From Rhina ancylostomus (lineage: Eukaryota): a stretch of DNA of 64,000 bases. Shown here piece after piece: positions 48,975-63,310 of this stretch. The DNA is taken from assembly GCA_030265395.1 (NCBI GenBank), contig JARFYF010000058.1:22231915-22295914 (forward strand), read 5' to 3'. The notes under the pieces are model-generated. The model made no database searches and had not been told where the DNA came from. It was given only the letters and a program-made list of their open reading frames with translations. How positions within the stretch are numbered: the stretch's first letter is position 1; each line of letters opens with the position of its first letter. The translations under genes were made by a program, and so were the position numbers.

Positions 48975-49300
48975 GGTCATTTCGCCCATCGTCTATACCA
49001 GCTACCAGCAGAGCAATCCTATCAGAACCTTTCCTCCTCTATTTCTCTAAAGCTCAGCAACTTATCCTTTCTCATATGCCCATCAATCCCCCTTTGATTC
49101 TTTCATTACTTAGCTACACTAAGCGTTTATTTACAGTAGCAAGTTAACCTATCAGCACACCTTTTGGATGTGAGAGGAAACCAGAGCACTTGGGTAACAC
49201 CATATGTTCACGAGAATACAAAATCTCCACATTCACACACCCAAGGTCAGGATCGAACTGTGGGCCCTGGGGTTGTGTGGTACAGGACTAACCATTGCAT
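48975..49300 (-). mobile_element. V-SINE (HE1-like)
   Basis: ttttggatgtgagaggaaaccagagcac...ccaaggtcaggatcgaactg, antisense V-SINE. Confidence 0.75.
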
Positions 49301-50617
49301 TATTGTGCTCTCCATGCTTTACATCTAATAATGCCATAACTGACTTGACTTGACAGTTCTTGACCATTGGTTGCTTGAAATAAAAAACATCCCATCCCCA
49401 AACCCACTATTTTCTTTACATAAATTAAGTGAAAGACACTTATCATAAACAATGAGGAGCAATGGTGAAGCCAATAAAAAGACTGTTTCAGATAGTTATA
49501 CAGCCATTTCACATCCCTGAATGTTTTTCTTTTGCCCACATAGAATTATCTACACAAATTCAAAACAATCTTGTTAACTGATACTGTGGTTTTACACATC
49601 TATGTCATTTAAACAAAACTCCACAGGCCACAATAAAGCCCTCATACAATCTGTAGCTTGTTCATAACATGCTTTGTCTGTCCATGTAATAAGACAGACC
49701 ATCTGGTCTAAGTTGGAAAGAAGTACTTTGAACACATCCCTGGTTAGGATTAAAATTTCTGTTAAAAATAGCTTTATGGATTTTCTTAGGAAAAATTCCT
49801 GGAACCTCAAGGATCATTTTATCCTCTTTTCATTGGTAAAATTATTTTTAGAAGAGTCAGATTCAAAACTGGACTTAAATTAAAAAATTATTGGTCTCGA
49901 TAGCTGGAGATGTATTATACACAGCTCGCAGTTCAGTGACTAAGGAGGTGAAACTTGCTGGACACTGTGACGCACAATTAACCCATGCCCACGTATGGCA
50001 ATGCAACCGCAGGCCAAGTCCATATTGTCTGCCAACCAGGTATTCCTTGGCTGTACACGTCAGTGACAGGAAAAATATTTAATGGCTGGCTTCAGTTAAA
50101 ATTAGGCTGTCCATCTTGAAGGGGAGGTGCACTATGCTGGAGCAGTTGCTCACAGTTAAGTTGTACGGCAGAACATTCAAGAATGGCATAAGACAGAGAG
50201 CAAAATCCTCCAAGGGCTTGAAACATAGCACTGGAAATCTTGGTGGAGGAAATGGACTGCAGGAGATTAGCCCTATTCCAGCAGGAGGCACTATAGATGT
50301 AGGCTCAGCAGTCAACATGTGAGGATAACCATAGAATTGAATGTGAAGAGTTAAAACTGGAGGACCTGAAAGCAGTGTCAACAGAAGTTTCATCACTCAA
50401 GATTAAGGTCAATGAATCTCTGGTCTAATGCATTCTTCAATTCACCATGCACCCTATCTCTGTTCACTGGCTTCATTGGATTTTCAGGAACTAGATATAT
50501 AAAATTCAATGCCACAGTAATACTTACAGCCACTGACAATGCACTCCATGTCCTGCTCTAAAGGTTGTAGTTATGGGTACTGAGGGCAGATTTCAATAGG
50601 GAAATCCTGTTTGAGGT

Positions 50618-51212
50618 TATCTTTATAAAACTCTGGTTAGGCCACCTCTGGAGTATTGCTTTCAGTTCTGGTCACCCCATTACAGGATGGAAGTGGAGGC
50701 TTTGGAGAGGGTGCAGAAGAGCTCTAATCCAGGAGGATGCTGCCTAGATTAGAGCGCATGTGCTATAAGGAGAGGTAGGACAAACTTGGGATGTTTTCTC
50801 TGGGGCGGCAGAGGCTAAGGGTAGACCTGATAGAAGTTTATAAGATTATAAGAGGCATAGATAGAAAAGACAGCTGGTATCTTTTTCCCAAGGTCAAAAT
50901 GTCTAGTACCAGAGGACATGTATTTAAGGTGAGAGGGAACAGTTCAAATGAGACGTATGGGGCAATTTTTTTTTTACAGAGTGGTGGGTGCCTGGAATGC
51001 ACTGCCAGGGGTGATACTGGAGGCAAATACAATAGAGGCCTTTAAGAGGCCCTTAGATAGGCACATGAATGTGCAGAGAATGGAGGGATATGGACTTGTG
51101 TTGGCAGAAGGTATTAGTTTAGTTAGGCTTTCAATTACTAGTTTAATTAATTCAATACAATATCATGGGCTGAAGGGCCTGTTCCTGTGCTGTGCTGTTC
51201 TATGTTCTATGT
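50618..51212 (+). mobile_element. CR1 3' end
   Basis: FSLGRQRLRVDLIEVYKIIRGIDR, RVVGAWNALPGVILEANTIEAFKRPLDRHM, tail tgttctatgttctatg. Confidence 0.92.
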
Positions 51213-53144
51213 ATACCCATCTCATAAATTGTTCAGANNNNNNNNNNNNNNNNNNNNNNNNNNNNNNNNNNNNNNNNNNNNNNNNNNNNNNNNNNNNNNN
51301 NNNNNNNNNNNNNNNNNNNNNNNNNNNNNNNNNNNNNCAGAGATTTAAGTAGGAGAATTGTTCCCCCATCAAACTAGATGGATATATCCTTCTCCTGAGA
51401 GGTCTTTTCCATTTCCTACTTCCTCATCCAATAGCCTGCCCTGTTCTGTATGCCCTCTACTCATTCTCCCATTCTTTCTGTAAACTAAAGATCCTTTATA
51501 AAGGCAAACATGTCTGGAAAACAATAATTTGTGCAGAATCTTGAAGAAAGCAAAAAGTGCTTCAGTATGTGTCACATTTTCCCTTATAGATACTTACAGA
51601 TTCAAATAATTAGAGAAAGAACCAGAGGTTAGCAATGTTACAACTGCTAGAAGAAATTAATGAGTGATTTGCCTGTAAATTTGGTTGCTTCCATTTCACA
51701 GCTCTGGTGACTAAGTGGTGGAGATAATGATTGGGGTTTCATTCTGCTGCCGAATACACATTCAGCTGTGCAGGGAGAGGGAAGGGTGCTGACTGGAAGG
51801 CTGGGTTCCAAAATGGCAAGGTTAATATTAACTCATAATTACTCACTGATTGAGGTTGTGAGCTGTGCGTTCTGCTTACATCTAAAGGGCAAACACTCTG
51901 CATGTACCAACATTCTTATCAATGGCATCTGGCATAAATTGTCCCACAATATGCACATGTGCCATAGAGACTATTCTGGAGCTTTAAGGACACTTGTAAC
52001 TCCCTCCCCTNNNNNNNNNNNNNNNNNNNNNNNNNNNNNNNNNNNNNNNNNNNNNNNNNNNNNNNNNNNNNNNNNNNNNNNNNNNNNNNNNNNNNNNNNN
52101 NNNNNNNNNNAAGTCCAGAAGGCTGCAATGATCCTAGTTTCTCAGTTATGAACATTACTTTGGCAATGAATTTTATATATCTGGTCCCTCTTTTGTTGAA
52201 ACCCAGTTGTTTTTAGGGTGTGATGAAGCCAATGAATAGGGGTTCACGTTCATAGAGATTAAGGTTGTGGTGAATTGAGCAGTGAGTCCATCCAGAGTAC
52301 AATCAGGAAACGAAGTTTTAGTGGACAGAACTATAACTTCAGTTTTGCAAACGTGATTCAAAACAACAGGTTAGCATTACCATTGGGAACAATATCATCC
52401 TTTTGTATTTCAACTAATCATGCTACGCTATAAAGTTTGGACTGTATTTTTCCTGTGTTCTGCCTTATATGAACATGAGCATGTGATATCTGCTGCAAGA
52501 ATTTCCATGTGATAAACAGCTGGCACTGGCCAGTTTATTGAATCTTGCTGTGGTCAGGAGATTCTGCACTGCTGACCTTTTGCTTCATTGAAGGCATCAC
52601 ACAAGAAAAAAATCACCCTGAATGTAACAAAGTCTCATTGTCCCTGCCGCATTCCCTTCCTTCATTTCTTGGACACAAAGAGATTTTCAGTGCTAATGAG
52701 AGTGAGTTTATAAAGCAGACAGCACACACAATGGCATGTGTGAGTTCATCGCATCCAGTACTGTAAGTGTTCTCAATGTCGATCTTCACTGGATCATGCA
52801 CTGTACTGATTTTACTGTACATTTCATGAAAAGGAAAAGTTTCATCCTGGGAGTCATGAACGTTCTTTCCTGATGATTAACTACCAACATTGAGGGGAAG
52901 CAACAGATGCACAAGTATAATTTTCCTGTCAAGTTCTTTGCAGGGTATCATTAGGCATGACTTTTTTCATGAGCATGCACACTGTAGAGCTGGTTCCAGC
53001 TCTGAGCCAGCAAGTCTGGAACTCCTGGAGGTTTGTTGTTGCCTTTTCAATGTTTTGTGTTTTGGGTCTCCTTGTTTCCTGGATCCTTTTAACTAAGCCT
53101 TTGGGACCTTTCTCGTACAGCTGTGAAGGAAAATCAAAACAACT

Positions 53145-53345
53145 GCCGATGCTGAAAATCTGAAACAAAATAGAAAATGCTGAAGAANNNNNNNNNNCTG
53201 TGGGAAGGGAAACAGTCAACATGTCCTGTCTGCAACCCTTCATTAGAACTTCATCAGACCCTTTGCAGGCCCAAAGGATTGACCGTTTCTCTTTCCACAG
53301 ATGCGGCCTGATTTTCTGAGTCTTTCCAACATCATCTATTTTTGT
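53145..53345. mobile_element. Second Penelope-derived foldback, more degenerate
   Basis: aaaatagaaaatgctgaagaa...ctgtgggaagggaaacagtcaa versus ttgaccgtttctctttccacag...ttccaacatcatctatttt form inverted arms. Confidence 0.6.
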
Positions 53346-56300
53346 TGTAGCTGTGAAAGGGTTTCTGCAAAGAATGCACATAAAACAGGCATTATGAGAA
53401 ACCATTCTCCCAGTACTGCCAACTGCTCTCCTTTGAGTGAGGCTCTGGACTACCATTTGCTCCACTCAGACAGAGCCTGTTTCTGTAGGTGACAAAAAAA
53501 CAAGGTGCTCCAACCCATTTGCCCTGCCGAACTCACCTCTTCTGTCCCACCTCTGTCTAAATAAGATCTGTACCACATGCAAAATTAGTATCTATGTAAT
53601 ATGCCACTCATTCATTTGTTGGCATATAACCCTTCTGCACACTCACCAAGGTTCCTGTTTCAAACATGCTCTCCTAAAAATTCCTCTACCTTGCCTAAAA
53701 TCAATTTGATTACAGCAGCATTGATGAAAAATGTATTCCAAGAAATAAACCTGTGCGTATTCTTACTTTTATTGGAACAACTATACCTCCTCTGATGCTT
53801 ATATTGAATGTGTTGTCACTCTTAACTTCTCTGGCCTGCCTCAGGAAAAGGAGGTTCTAGGATCCAGCAAGAGCCTTGGGGAACTGAGGCATCACTTTAT
53901 TGTTTTCTACAATGGGACAATATCCATTGTATGTAGAAGGTGGAGGGTTTGAAGATTCACCAGTGTGCATCATGGAATGCCACACAGGTGTCAAAGCATT
54001 ACTTGTCAAAGGTGCTGCAGGCGCAGGAAAGAAGTCCCTGTCATATGAAGGTCTTAGCATTTCTGTGGAAATTAACTGTCAGTGAAAGAACTTGAATTCT
54101 TGGAATAAAAGAAAAGTTGTGAAATGTGCTTGGCACATTTTTTGGGTTGTAGGAGATGTTCATCCGCGACCACTGCGGACTTGAAATGGGAGACATAGTT
54201 ATTGTGTGCCTACAGATTGTGACTGCTTCTTATCTTGGCTGACCTGGTGAGTTCAGTGAACTTATTTTAGCTTTCAATAGAAGTGTGGGGTTACTTGAGA
54301 GGGTATTCATTGCAAAAGCCATCTGCTTTCACTGTATCTGGTTCAAACATTTTCTGCCCACCAACCTCCCCCACCCCCCTCCCAATATTGAATAAAAATT
54401 ATGGGCTTCCTCAATTAAACTGCAATAACCTACCAAAAACCTTTGGAGTTTGGTTCTCCAGGCTCAGATGGTTTAGCTCTCCACAGTCTCCAGTTTCACA
54501 TGGTTGCCATGCACTTTAAGTTTGTGCGGGAACATCAGATTCCCTCCATCTAGCTCCTAAGAGATAAGCTTGCACACAAGTAGCTTTGAGATGCTGCAAT
54601 CAATATCCAAATGAAGTCAGCTGACATTGTCACACTGCAGTAAATGTGCTCAGCATGGAAGAAAACCTAAACTCAAATGGGTGCATAATCAGAGACAAAA
54701 ACTTACTCATGTAGTTTTGTTTTTAACCACAATTTGTGTACAATAAAGCAAGAGACATTGGATCAGTCTTGGTGCTCAGTGTCTGTATCAATCATTAGCC
54801 TCTCCACCCTACCGTCATCAGGTAGCTTGACAATCAGACACAGATCAAAGTTCTGTCTGCACTGCTCTAACAATGGGGGATTTCCTTTGCACTCTGTGTG
54901 TAACTACGGATATCCTTAATGAATGGAATCACTATTTGGCTGCACAAAGCAGTTGCAAGCAATCCACACAACCTTTGCCCTCCTCCCCCCTACCCTCCCA
55001 CATCAATTGCGTCTTGCCCCACCTGGTGTACCTTCAGGTAAATCTTAACATAACACCATCCAATGATTTCATTTCCCGAAGAGGTAATAGCATATATCAA
55101 ACCTGTTACCACCTTGGGTTCAAAACCAGATGTTTCTGTCTGCTGTAACTGTTTTCTGAATTGTGCTACAGACAGCTTAAAATGCTGCGAAAGGTACTGT
55201 GTCCTTTATACAAAGGCTAAGATTGAACATCATGAATAATCCTAACATTAGTAATCCTAGAAACAAACATTTTAATCAATTATGGAATCTTTATGTCAAT
55301 GGAATGTTTTACTATGCTGCTGGGAAATGGAGTTTTTTTAATGGAGTTTTGTGTTGTCCAACAAACATTTATTTGTGTAATTACTTTTTTTATAATCATC
55401 TCTGAACAGTGCTTCAAGGGCTGGTGGCTGGGGGTGGCGGCGGGGGGGGGGTGGTTGCTGGAAGTAGGTGAATGCATTGGATAGGGTGCAGGTCCACATA
55501 TTTCAAGTAAGGGATACCTCATGTAGTTTAGACAAGAAGCAGGTTTGATAATAGCATCAGCTTAACCTTTGGATCTCCTAACCCTGCTGCAGGTTTGTGT
55601 GTTTTCTTCAAAGCATAAATCATTAGTTATTCCCCAAATTTCTTTGACCGGATACTCTTTCATCAATGAAATTCTTATCCCTGTACCACTGTAAAACTAA
55701 AACAGTCATGACATGAACAATCCACTTCCGATATTTTATGTCGCAGAACTTCTATTGCAGGTTTCAGACGCTGGTGATTGTCAGACTATTCAGGAGAGTA
55801 GCGGATATTTTTCATAGAGAAAAACATCTGGTCCTAAACTAAGACTGCTGTAACAAAATCGGTATGTGCCTTTTTCATTAGAAGATAAAACATAGTCCTG
55901 TGGGCCTTAAAACAGCAAGACATCATTGACAATGCACCTCATACACAGCGGTGTACTATGTCTGCATTGTAAAACAAAAGGTATGTTTAAGTAAGATGGA
56001 GAAAATTATTTGAGTATACAGTTCCTTGCCAATTAAAGATCTTTAAACCCTACCACTAACTTAAGGAATTTATTGTAAACCTCTCTGTGGGTGTCATAAT
56101 GTCATGGATCTTGTCAATTGCACGAACTTAATCATTACTATTTTTTATTTTACTAATATCTTCAGAGGACCATACTGAATGTTTTGAAGTTAATATGCAT
56201 ATTTTTCCCAGGTTTCCAGACAGACTTGAAGGTGACTGAACTGTGAAAAAGGAAGAAAGAAAGAAATATAATAGCAGAAAATGTAATAGAAAATAAACTT

Positions 56301-59300
56301 CCATGCTATTCCCAGGGTAGTAGGATCGTAAGATTAATGGATAAAATTGACACAGCCCGCAGAAGGACCAAACCAGCACAGAGATTTTAGTATTGACCCT
56401 TCTCCATTCTCTTCATCAATTGTAAGGAAGTTATGTGCTAATCATTTAAAAATCATGATCTCCTAGGAATATTTTGCTTAAACCTGCAGAATACATCAAG
56501 TAAGTGTAGGCATCAAGGCCAATGGGCTTCACTGATCAGGTAAGATTTAAGGATCTTTGGCCACATCAGGTTTGTTGTGACATCAAAATTCACTTAAAAC
56601 ATTCTCAAATACCTCCTTTTGTTCTCTTTTGTCCAACAAGGGTCTTATTAAGCAAGTTCAGCATCACCAAGTCTCTTCCTGAATTCTCTTCCTACCCTAT
56701 TGTCCTATGCTGTGGGAGTTACCCTCCACTTCTAAAATTTGTACCACCTGCCTGGGTGTTTATCCTATTGAACTGAGATGCAAAATCCCTTGCAGTGTAA
56801 GAGATTATTAACAAACTGAAATCATTGGGATAATTCACTTCACATACTTTGATCTCATACCTCATTTTACAGTCCATTACCCTGCCCTATCAATGCCTTT
56901 CAAACAATCTAAACATTTATTGAAGCACACTATTCAGGGACGTCATTTTGTAATTTTTACATCCCACTTCTCTTCACTCCCCTGTCCTCTTGCAACTGGG
57001 ACAAGCCTGACTAAAATGCTGTCATGTCAACAGGAGGGCTGATTTACAACAAGATGTTCTCTCCTGTGCTCTGCTATGGGACCCACCAATATCAAATTCT
57101 ATTGTTCAGCAATGATGCACTAGTTGGACCTAATGGTGGGACACAAATTACCATTTTGTTCATTGGACCTCAGCTGAAAGCCTCATTGAAAACACACTAA
57201 CTGGTATTCAATTCGGAGACTGGGATCAGAATTGGCAGCCACATTGAAGCCCTGCAAGCCAGAAGGTGGTAGATAGGGGATAGACCTAGAGAGCAACAAT
57301 TGGACTGTTGGGTGAGTAAGCAGAAGAGAAATTAAGAGACTAGTGTCTCCAGTCTGAGTAGCAGATGGGGGTGGGTAACTCATGAGGGGAGGACATTGGT
57401 GGGGGCAGGGGGGTGGTTAGAATAAAGTATATCTCTTGGAGATGGCTTCCATGCACCAGCCTCAGATATGTTCAAGGAGGGCTCCTTTAAATTGCACTGC
57501 TTCAGAGCAATGTAAACCCAATAGGCTGAGAGTGCCCAATGACTAGTGGCTTTAGAACCACATGGAAGTATTTCTCCTGTCATTACTACAATGAATGATT
57601 TGATTGCCTAAGTACTATGCACAACACAAGTGCATTTTGTCCCAGGAAAGATCTTTATCAGAATCCATCCCATTAAAAAATACTGATGTTCTAACAGTTA
57701 GTGCTAAATAATACATCACCTATATTCAGCGGAATATCCAGGGAGTAATATTCCATGTTCTAACCCCAACAATTTAGCATTTTCCTTGAGTAAACTGCTG
57801 GTTTGTAAAGGAGATTTCAGCTTGGAAATATAACAGAAAAGTTTCAACCTGTCAATCCGCACATTGCAAATTCCAGAGCGAAGGAGATGCTGCTAATTCA
57901 CTGTACCACCCATTCCTAACAATGCCTCAAAGACTTTTCTCTTTGACAGTGATTCTGAACTGCTTGCAAGCATCGTATTTCCCAGTATGGCCTGGAGCTT
58001 TCAAATGCAATTTGCAAAATATTAACTTCCATGTCGTTATAAACCACATTCAGGACATAAACCCCCACCAGGATACCATAAAAGTTCAATAGATTTTCTC
58101 TTAGGCCATATGCTATAAAACATAGAGTTCTTTTTTTTAAGTTGCTGCAGGTTTTCCACTGCTACTTATAGTGATAGGTGGATTACAGTGAGTTACCCAT
58201 GTCAGATTTAGCTGTATATTCCCATTGTAAATAAAGGGTCCTTCCCCTGTTAATCCTTTGTTTATCAATGCCAAGGTGAATGTGGCACCATCATATTCTA
58301 CCCAGTCTATTACTTTCCCAATTACCTCCAACACCTCAGTATATCAGTATGCTGGGGCTACTTATTCTATTCCAGTATAGAGGTTGAAGCATTTTTTGGA
58401 CATCTTACAGTGAAACTAATCCAGTGCCTTCACCACTTCCTGGTATGGTGACAACTGAGTGATTCTGACACATGACAGTGTAGCATCACAGCATCCCCTA
58501 AGTCTCCTGTATTAAATTCTAACCCACTGTTCCCCAAGTTCCAGCGCAGAGACCTAATTCCAACAGGAGATCTTCCAAATATCTGCCAAAGTTATAACAA
58601 AAGAAAGGGAAAATTGTACCCCTATGTCTCTTATGTAGTTCAATGCATAGATATCCCTCAGTGAGTGGATCTGTTAGTATCTTCAACACCTCAGAAAGAA
58701 TAAATATTTGAGCTTCCCCCACACATTTTAATTGTCACAACATCTCCTTGTCTTTCAGTGTACGAATATCCCAGTAGTACTTGGACCTCACCTGAATAAA
58801 TAGCTCACAATTCAGGGACAGGGTTTGTGGTTAGCAAAGGAGAGCTGTGGTTTGGGGTGAGCATTTTATTTATAGGACCTCTATGTTTCACCTTCCCAGG
58901 GATGGACTCCACAGACACAGACCTGCTCAATCAAGCCAACTTTAAGGAACAACAAAGGCCTTAAATGCAGTGTGAAGGTTTGCTTCTGCATGAGTGGCCC
59001 ACATCATCTGTAGGCCACAGAACCATTGACCAAAATCATTCAACAGGTGTTGGACACGTATCAGAGTTTAGGCAAATCATTCATTGAGCCTGAAGGAAAA
59101 TCATATTCTTCAAGCAGTACACAGTAAGCCCATGATTTCTCTTTTAATCTGAAATCAAATCATGCAGTGCCCAAAAAATTGTCATTACAGGATCCATTTT
59201 CCAGGTTTGTGAATCTAAGTACCACCATTGTTGGTGAATGCTCACTGATATTGTCAATGAAGGGGTTAATCAGTGCCCATAACCAAAGCTGAGTAGGACC

Positions 59301-61099
59301 ATTCACATCCATTGGACATGATTAATCCATTGGGTAGAGCTCTGGTCTGCAGTTCCCAGGACTATCTGGAGGGTGCTTAAGTCCTTTTCTTTTGGAACAG
59401 AGGTAGGAATTCCCTCTCCCTCATCATTGAAAATATTTCCATGGCTGGCAGAGTGTACAATGTTGTAGGATTGAGGGTAATTGTAAACTTTATCATCGAG
59501 AGCAAATAACGTCCTTTTGTGCTTCAACTGATCATCCTAAAATGCATACATTTAATTGTATTTTTCATGTCTTCTGTCTGATATTTTGTCCCTGTGATAT
59601 CTGCTGTGAGAGTTTTCATTTGACAGCACTGGCTGGTTGGTTGAATGCTGTTGTAATCGAATGGGACTGTTTTGCTGAATTTCTTAAGCTGAAGGAGGAT
59701 GTGTTTTGAGGAGAGCAGAAAGTCCTGTTGATAAATATTGCTAAACAGATATTTTTGTCATGGAGCACCTCATAGTAGCATTTTCTAAGTCAAGTACTGT
59801 AACCTTGCATTAAGTATGATACAATTTATAGTAATAATCATTGCAGCAAAATTAATACTGAAATCAAGATTCCCTCAGCAGGTCACAACAACAATATGTT
59901 AATAAAGACAAGAATTTTGTTTACAACCTGGGGTTATTGTCTCCATCTCAAATGTCTAGATGAAGTGTAGAAAACAATCGGACTACAAAAACAGAGAAAT
60001 GCCTTTTGTTCAGAAATCAATGAAAGAGAAATACTTCAGTAGCTGAGACTATGGGTTTCAAAGGTTTTAATGTATATATTTTATCAGATGAAAATGGAAT
60101 TTCCAATTTGCTTCACCAATACTGAATTGGTCAGCAGTTGGAGATCCATTGCAAAGGGTGTTTCAGGACTTCTGGGTCTGTGCAACCAAATAATAATATA
60201 TGGTGCAATAAAAGCTGACGAGCAAAATTATTTTCAACGTGCTTGAACTTCAAAGGAAAAGAATACCTTACAATACAGGAGTTCTATCAAGGACTTCAAT
60301 TCTATTTGGCATGGTTCTAATATATGAAGGTATCAATAAAGGGAGACAGAAATCTTGCGATAATCATCAACAACTGGGTGTTTCTAAGAGTTTGCTGAGA
60401 AGATATGAGAGATAGTGTGCGCTGAGTTCCTTGTAAGTTGTGACTAGGGAACAATTACTCCTTTAGTGCAAAAGACAGAAAAGTTTGCAACAGAATAATG
60501 CACAATGAAGCATTATAGAAATACTATTTAGGATTATGAACCTTTCAACATTAAAGTGCTGTTTGTTTTGTTATAAAGGTTGCACAAATACTCATTCCTA
60601 TTCCCTCCACAACTATTGGCTCTGTATCAAACCTAATTTCACCTGAGGCATAGAAACTGCTCTTTACGTTTTTCTAGTTATGCTGTAGTACCCCAGGATA
60701 AGATGCAAATGAAAGCTTGTTGTTCAACTGATGTTTTTTTAACTCCAAGTCAATTGCATTTGTCTCTCTCATTATCCTAGCCAGTTCCCTACTATTTTGT
60801 CATTACTGCTGTTGCTATTCCACCTCACTCCAAATATGGTATTTTAAATGAGCTTTTATCTCTCTTCACCTCTCTGTGCTTTGGAACCGAGATTCATCTC
60901 CTTCTCCAAATCTTGCTTTCCCAAGGTCTCAAATTTAGAAACTGGGAGATATCTTTTTCTTTTCTTTTTCAATATTTTTATTAATTTCAAATAGGAAGTA
61001 CAAAATGCGTGAAACAGAGGAAAAAAATACAAGATAGATTATATTGAATCACACTAGAAATCACAATGCTTCATATCGATAAACAAAAAAAATCAATTG

Positions 61100-61300
61100 A
61101 TATTGATAAATTGGAGCCCTGATCTTTTTCAAAATGACCTTTTCTTTAGAGTTGAGAAAGAAGGTTTTGCAGTTAATATTATTCCTGAAGGGCAGCACAT
61201 CCAACAATACAGAACCTCCCTCAGTATTGTACTGAACTATCAGCTTAGATCTTGTGCTTATAACCCAGGAGTGGGATATTAGCCCATAACCTTCCAATCA
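61100..61300 (-). mobile_element. Deu-domain SINE (SacSINE1/AmnSINE-like) 5' part
   Basis: ctccctcagtattgtactgaactatcagcttagatcttgtgct...ggagtgggatattagcccataaccttc is antisense to the DeuSINE tRNA-head region as I recall it. Confidence 0.55.
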
Positions 61301-61499
61301 AATGCGTGATTGGTAATGTTGAATGAAAGCAAACCATGAAATCCAATCAGTTAAGCTCAATTCAACTGTCTTGAAGATGGCATCATTTTTATTTGATATC
61401 TACAAACCATTTAAGAGCATTTTGATCAGATCAGCAGCTGGTATTCAGTAAATAACTGTAAAGGGAAAGACATTTCCGCAGCTGATAGATTTACATTAA

Positions 61500-61705
61500 T
61501 AAATTCAACTCACATTTGTCCAGCATTTTACATCTAAAAGAAATAAAATGCTTCCAAAAATGTTCTACTGGTGGGAAATAAATTCAAAGACAAAGTGGAA
61601 GATATTAGTTTGGGTCTATAAAAGCTTGATCAACTTGTGGGATTTTAAAGAAGGTTTAAAGGAGGAAAAGGAATAGAGAAACAAAAGGGTTTAGGGACAG
61701 AGGAA
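61500..61705 (-). mobile_element. L2-like 3' end fragment
   Basis: aaaagcttgatcaa...ttttaaagaaggtttaaaggaggaaaag...gggtttagggacagag. Confidence 0.45.
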
Positions 61706-62469
61706 AAAGATGTATGTAATACAAGAGAAGTGAAGAATGTCCCTTCTTATTTCATAGGAAATTACAATCTCTATTATCTATAATGTGTATTGACACCAAT
61801 ATAATTAATGCCCATTCAGATGCAATGATTCAACGAGCTTCAAAGAAATTAAAATGTATTAACTATAGACAGTATAATCTCACTAACCATACACCAATCT
61901 ATGTTCTGACTTTTCTTCCATCCCAGTTACATTNNNNNNNNNNNNNNNNNNNNNNNNNNNNNNNNNNNNNNNNNNNNNNNNNNNNNNNNNNNNNNNNNNN
62001 NNNNNNNNNNNNNNNNNNNNNNNNNNNNNNNNNCATTAAAAGTATCAATAACGCAGCAAAGGGTTTTTTTTCTTATCAAGAATAGAGCAGTGAAGGGATT
62101 AAATCACACAAAAATCTTGTTGGGGGTCCAAAATATATTGTTGAATAATAAATAAATCACAGAAGGGTGCTAGAATTCTCTTTAGGCTACTGTTAGTTCA
62201 GCTGTCAAGGCATCATTTCTTCAGACAGCTGATGCTGATGTTTGTCCGACTCCTGGGTTGTTCCATTGTTGTGCAATAGATGTAAGGGTGGTCATGGCAA
62301 TCAAATATCTTAACTGCCAAGAGCTAACCTGGAACAATTTATTGTCATCATGTGAATACCTAAGTGAAGTTATAGCTTGACATGTGCAGGAGCTTTGTTA
62401 TTCAGCAAATACAAATTAAATTCCAGTGGTTGATTCAATTTGTGATCACAGCGAGATCCATTCAACCAT

Positions 62470-62655
62470 GCAGAGAAAGCTGTTGAGGCAGGGACCATGA
62501 CAACATTTAAAAGACGTTTGGACAGGTACACGGATAGGAAAGGTTTAGAGGGGTGTGGGCCAAATGCAGGCAAATGGGACTGGCTTAGATGGGCATCCTG
62601 GTCGTCATGGATGAATTGGGCTAAAGGGCCAGATTCCATGCTGGATGACGCCATA
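62470..62655 (+). mobile_element. CR1 3' tail
   Basis: TTFKRRLDRYTDRKGLEGCGPNAGKWD, then gggctaaagggcc...ttccatgctg. Confidence 0.85.
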
Positions 62656-62782
62656 ACATTGCACATCCAAGAAAGGATTGAGNNNNNNNNNNNNNNNNNN
62701 NNNNNNNNNNNNNNNNNNNNNNNNNNNNNNNNNNNNNNNNNNNNNNNNNNNNNNNNNNNNNNNNNNNNNNNNNNNNNNNNNN

Positions 62783-63310
62783 TACGGCAACTGCTCTGCC
62801 CAGGACCGCAAGAAACTGCAGAGAGTTGTGGACACAGCCCAGCGCATCACGGACACCAGTCTCCCCTCCCTGGACTCTGTCTTTACCTCTCGTTGTCTTG
62901 GCAAAGCAGCCAGCATAATCAAAGACCCCACCCACCCAGGACATTCTCTCTTTGCTCCTCTTCCATCAGGTTAGAAGATACAGGAGCCTGAGGGCATGTA
63001 CCACCATATTTAAGGGCAGCTTCTACTGCACTGTGCTAAGACTATTGAATGGTTCCCTTATACAATGAGATGGACTATTACCTCACGATCTACCTTGTTG
63101 TGGCCTTGCACCTTATTGCACTGCACTTTGTCTGTAGCTGTGACACTTCACTCTGTACTGTTATTGATTTTACCTGTACTACCTCAATGCACTCTGTACT
63201 AACTCAATATAACCGCACTGTGTAATGAATTGACCTGTATGATTGGTTTGCAAGAGAAGTTTTTCACTGTACCTTGGTACAAGTGACAATAATAAACCAA
63301 TACCAATACA
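62783..63310 (+). mobile_element. Rex1/Babar-clade LINE 3' end, young
   Basis: YGNCSAQDRKKLQRVVDTAQRITDTSLPSLDSVFTSRCLGKAASIIKDPTHPGHSLFAPLPSG, tail aataaaccaataccaatac. Confidence 0.9.

Noticed and set aside
52613-52822. Cys-containing minus-strand ORF considered as an ectodomain exon
   Set aside because: No similarity to p75 CRDs and no convincing splice sites.
54700-54900. Minus-strand consensus donor (GA|gtaagt) with a Cys-containing frame, considered as the missing CRD exon
   Set aside because: That frame stops before the donor and lacks TNFR Cys spacing.
57950-58800. Stretch that might be a fossil LTR or other retroelement coding region
   Set aside because: I could not identify any diagnostic motif with confidence; it needs a translated search.
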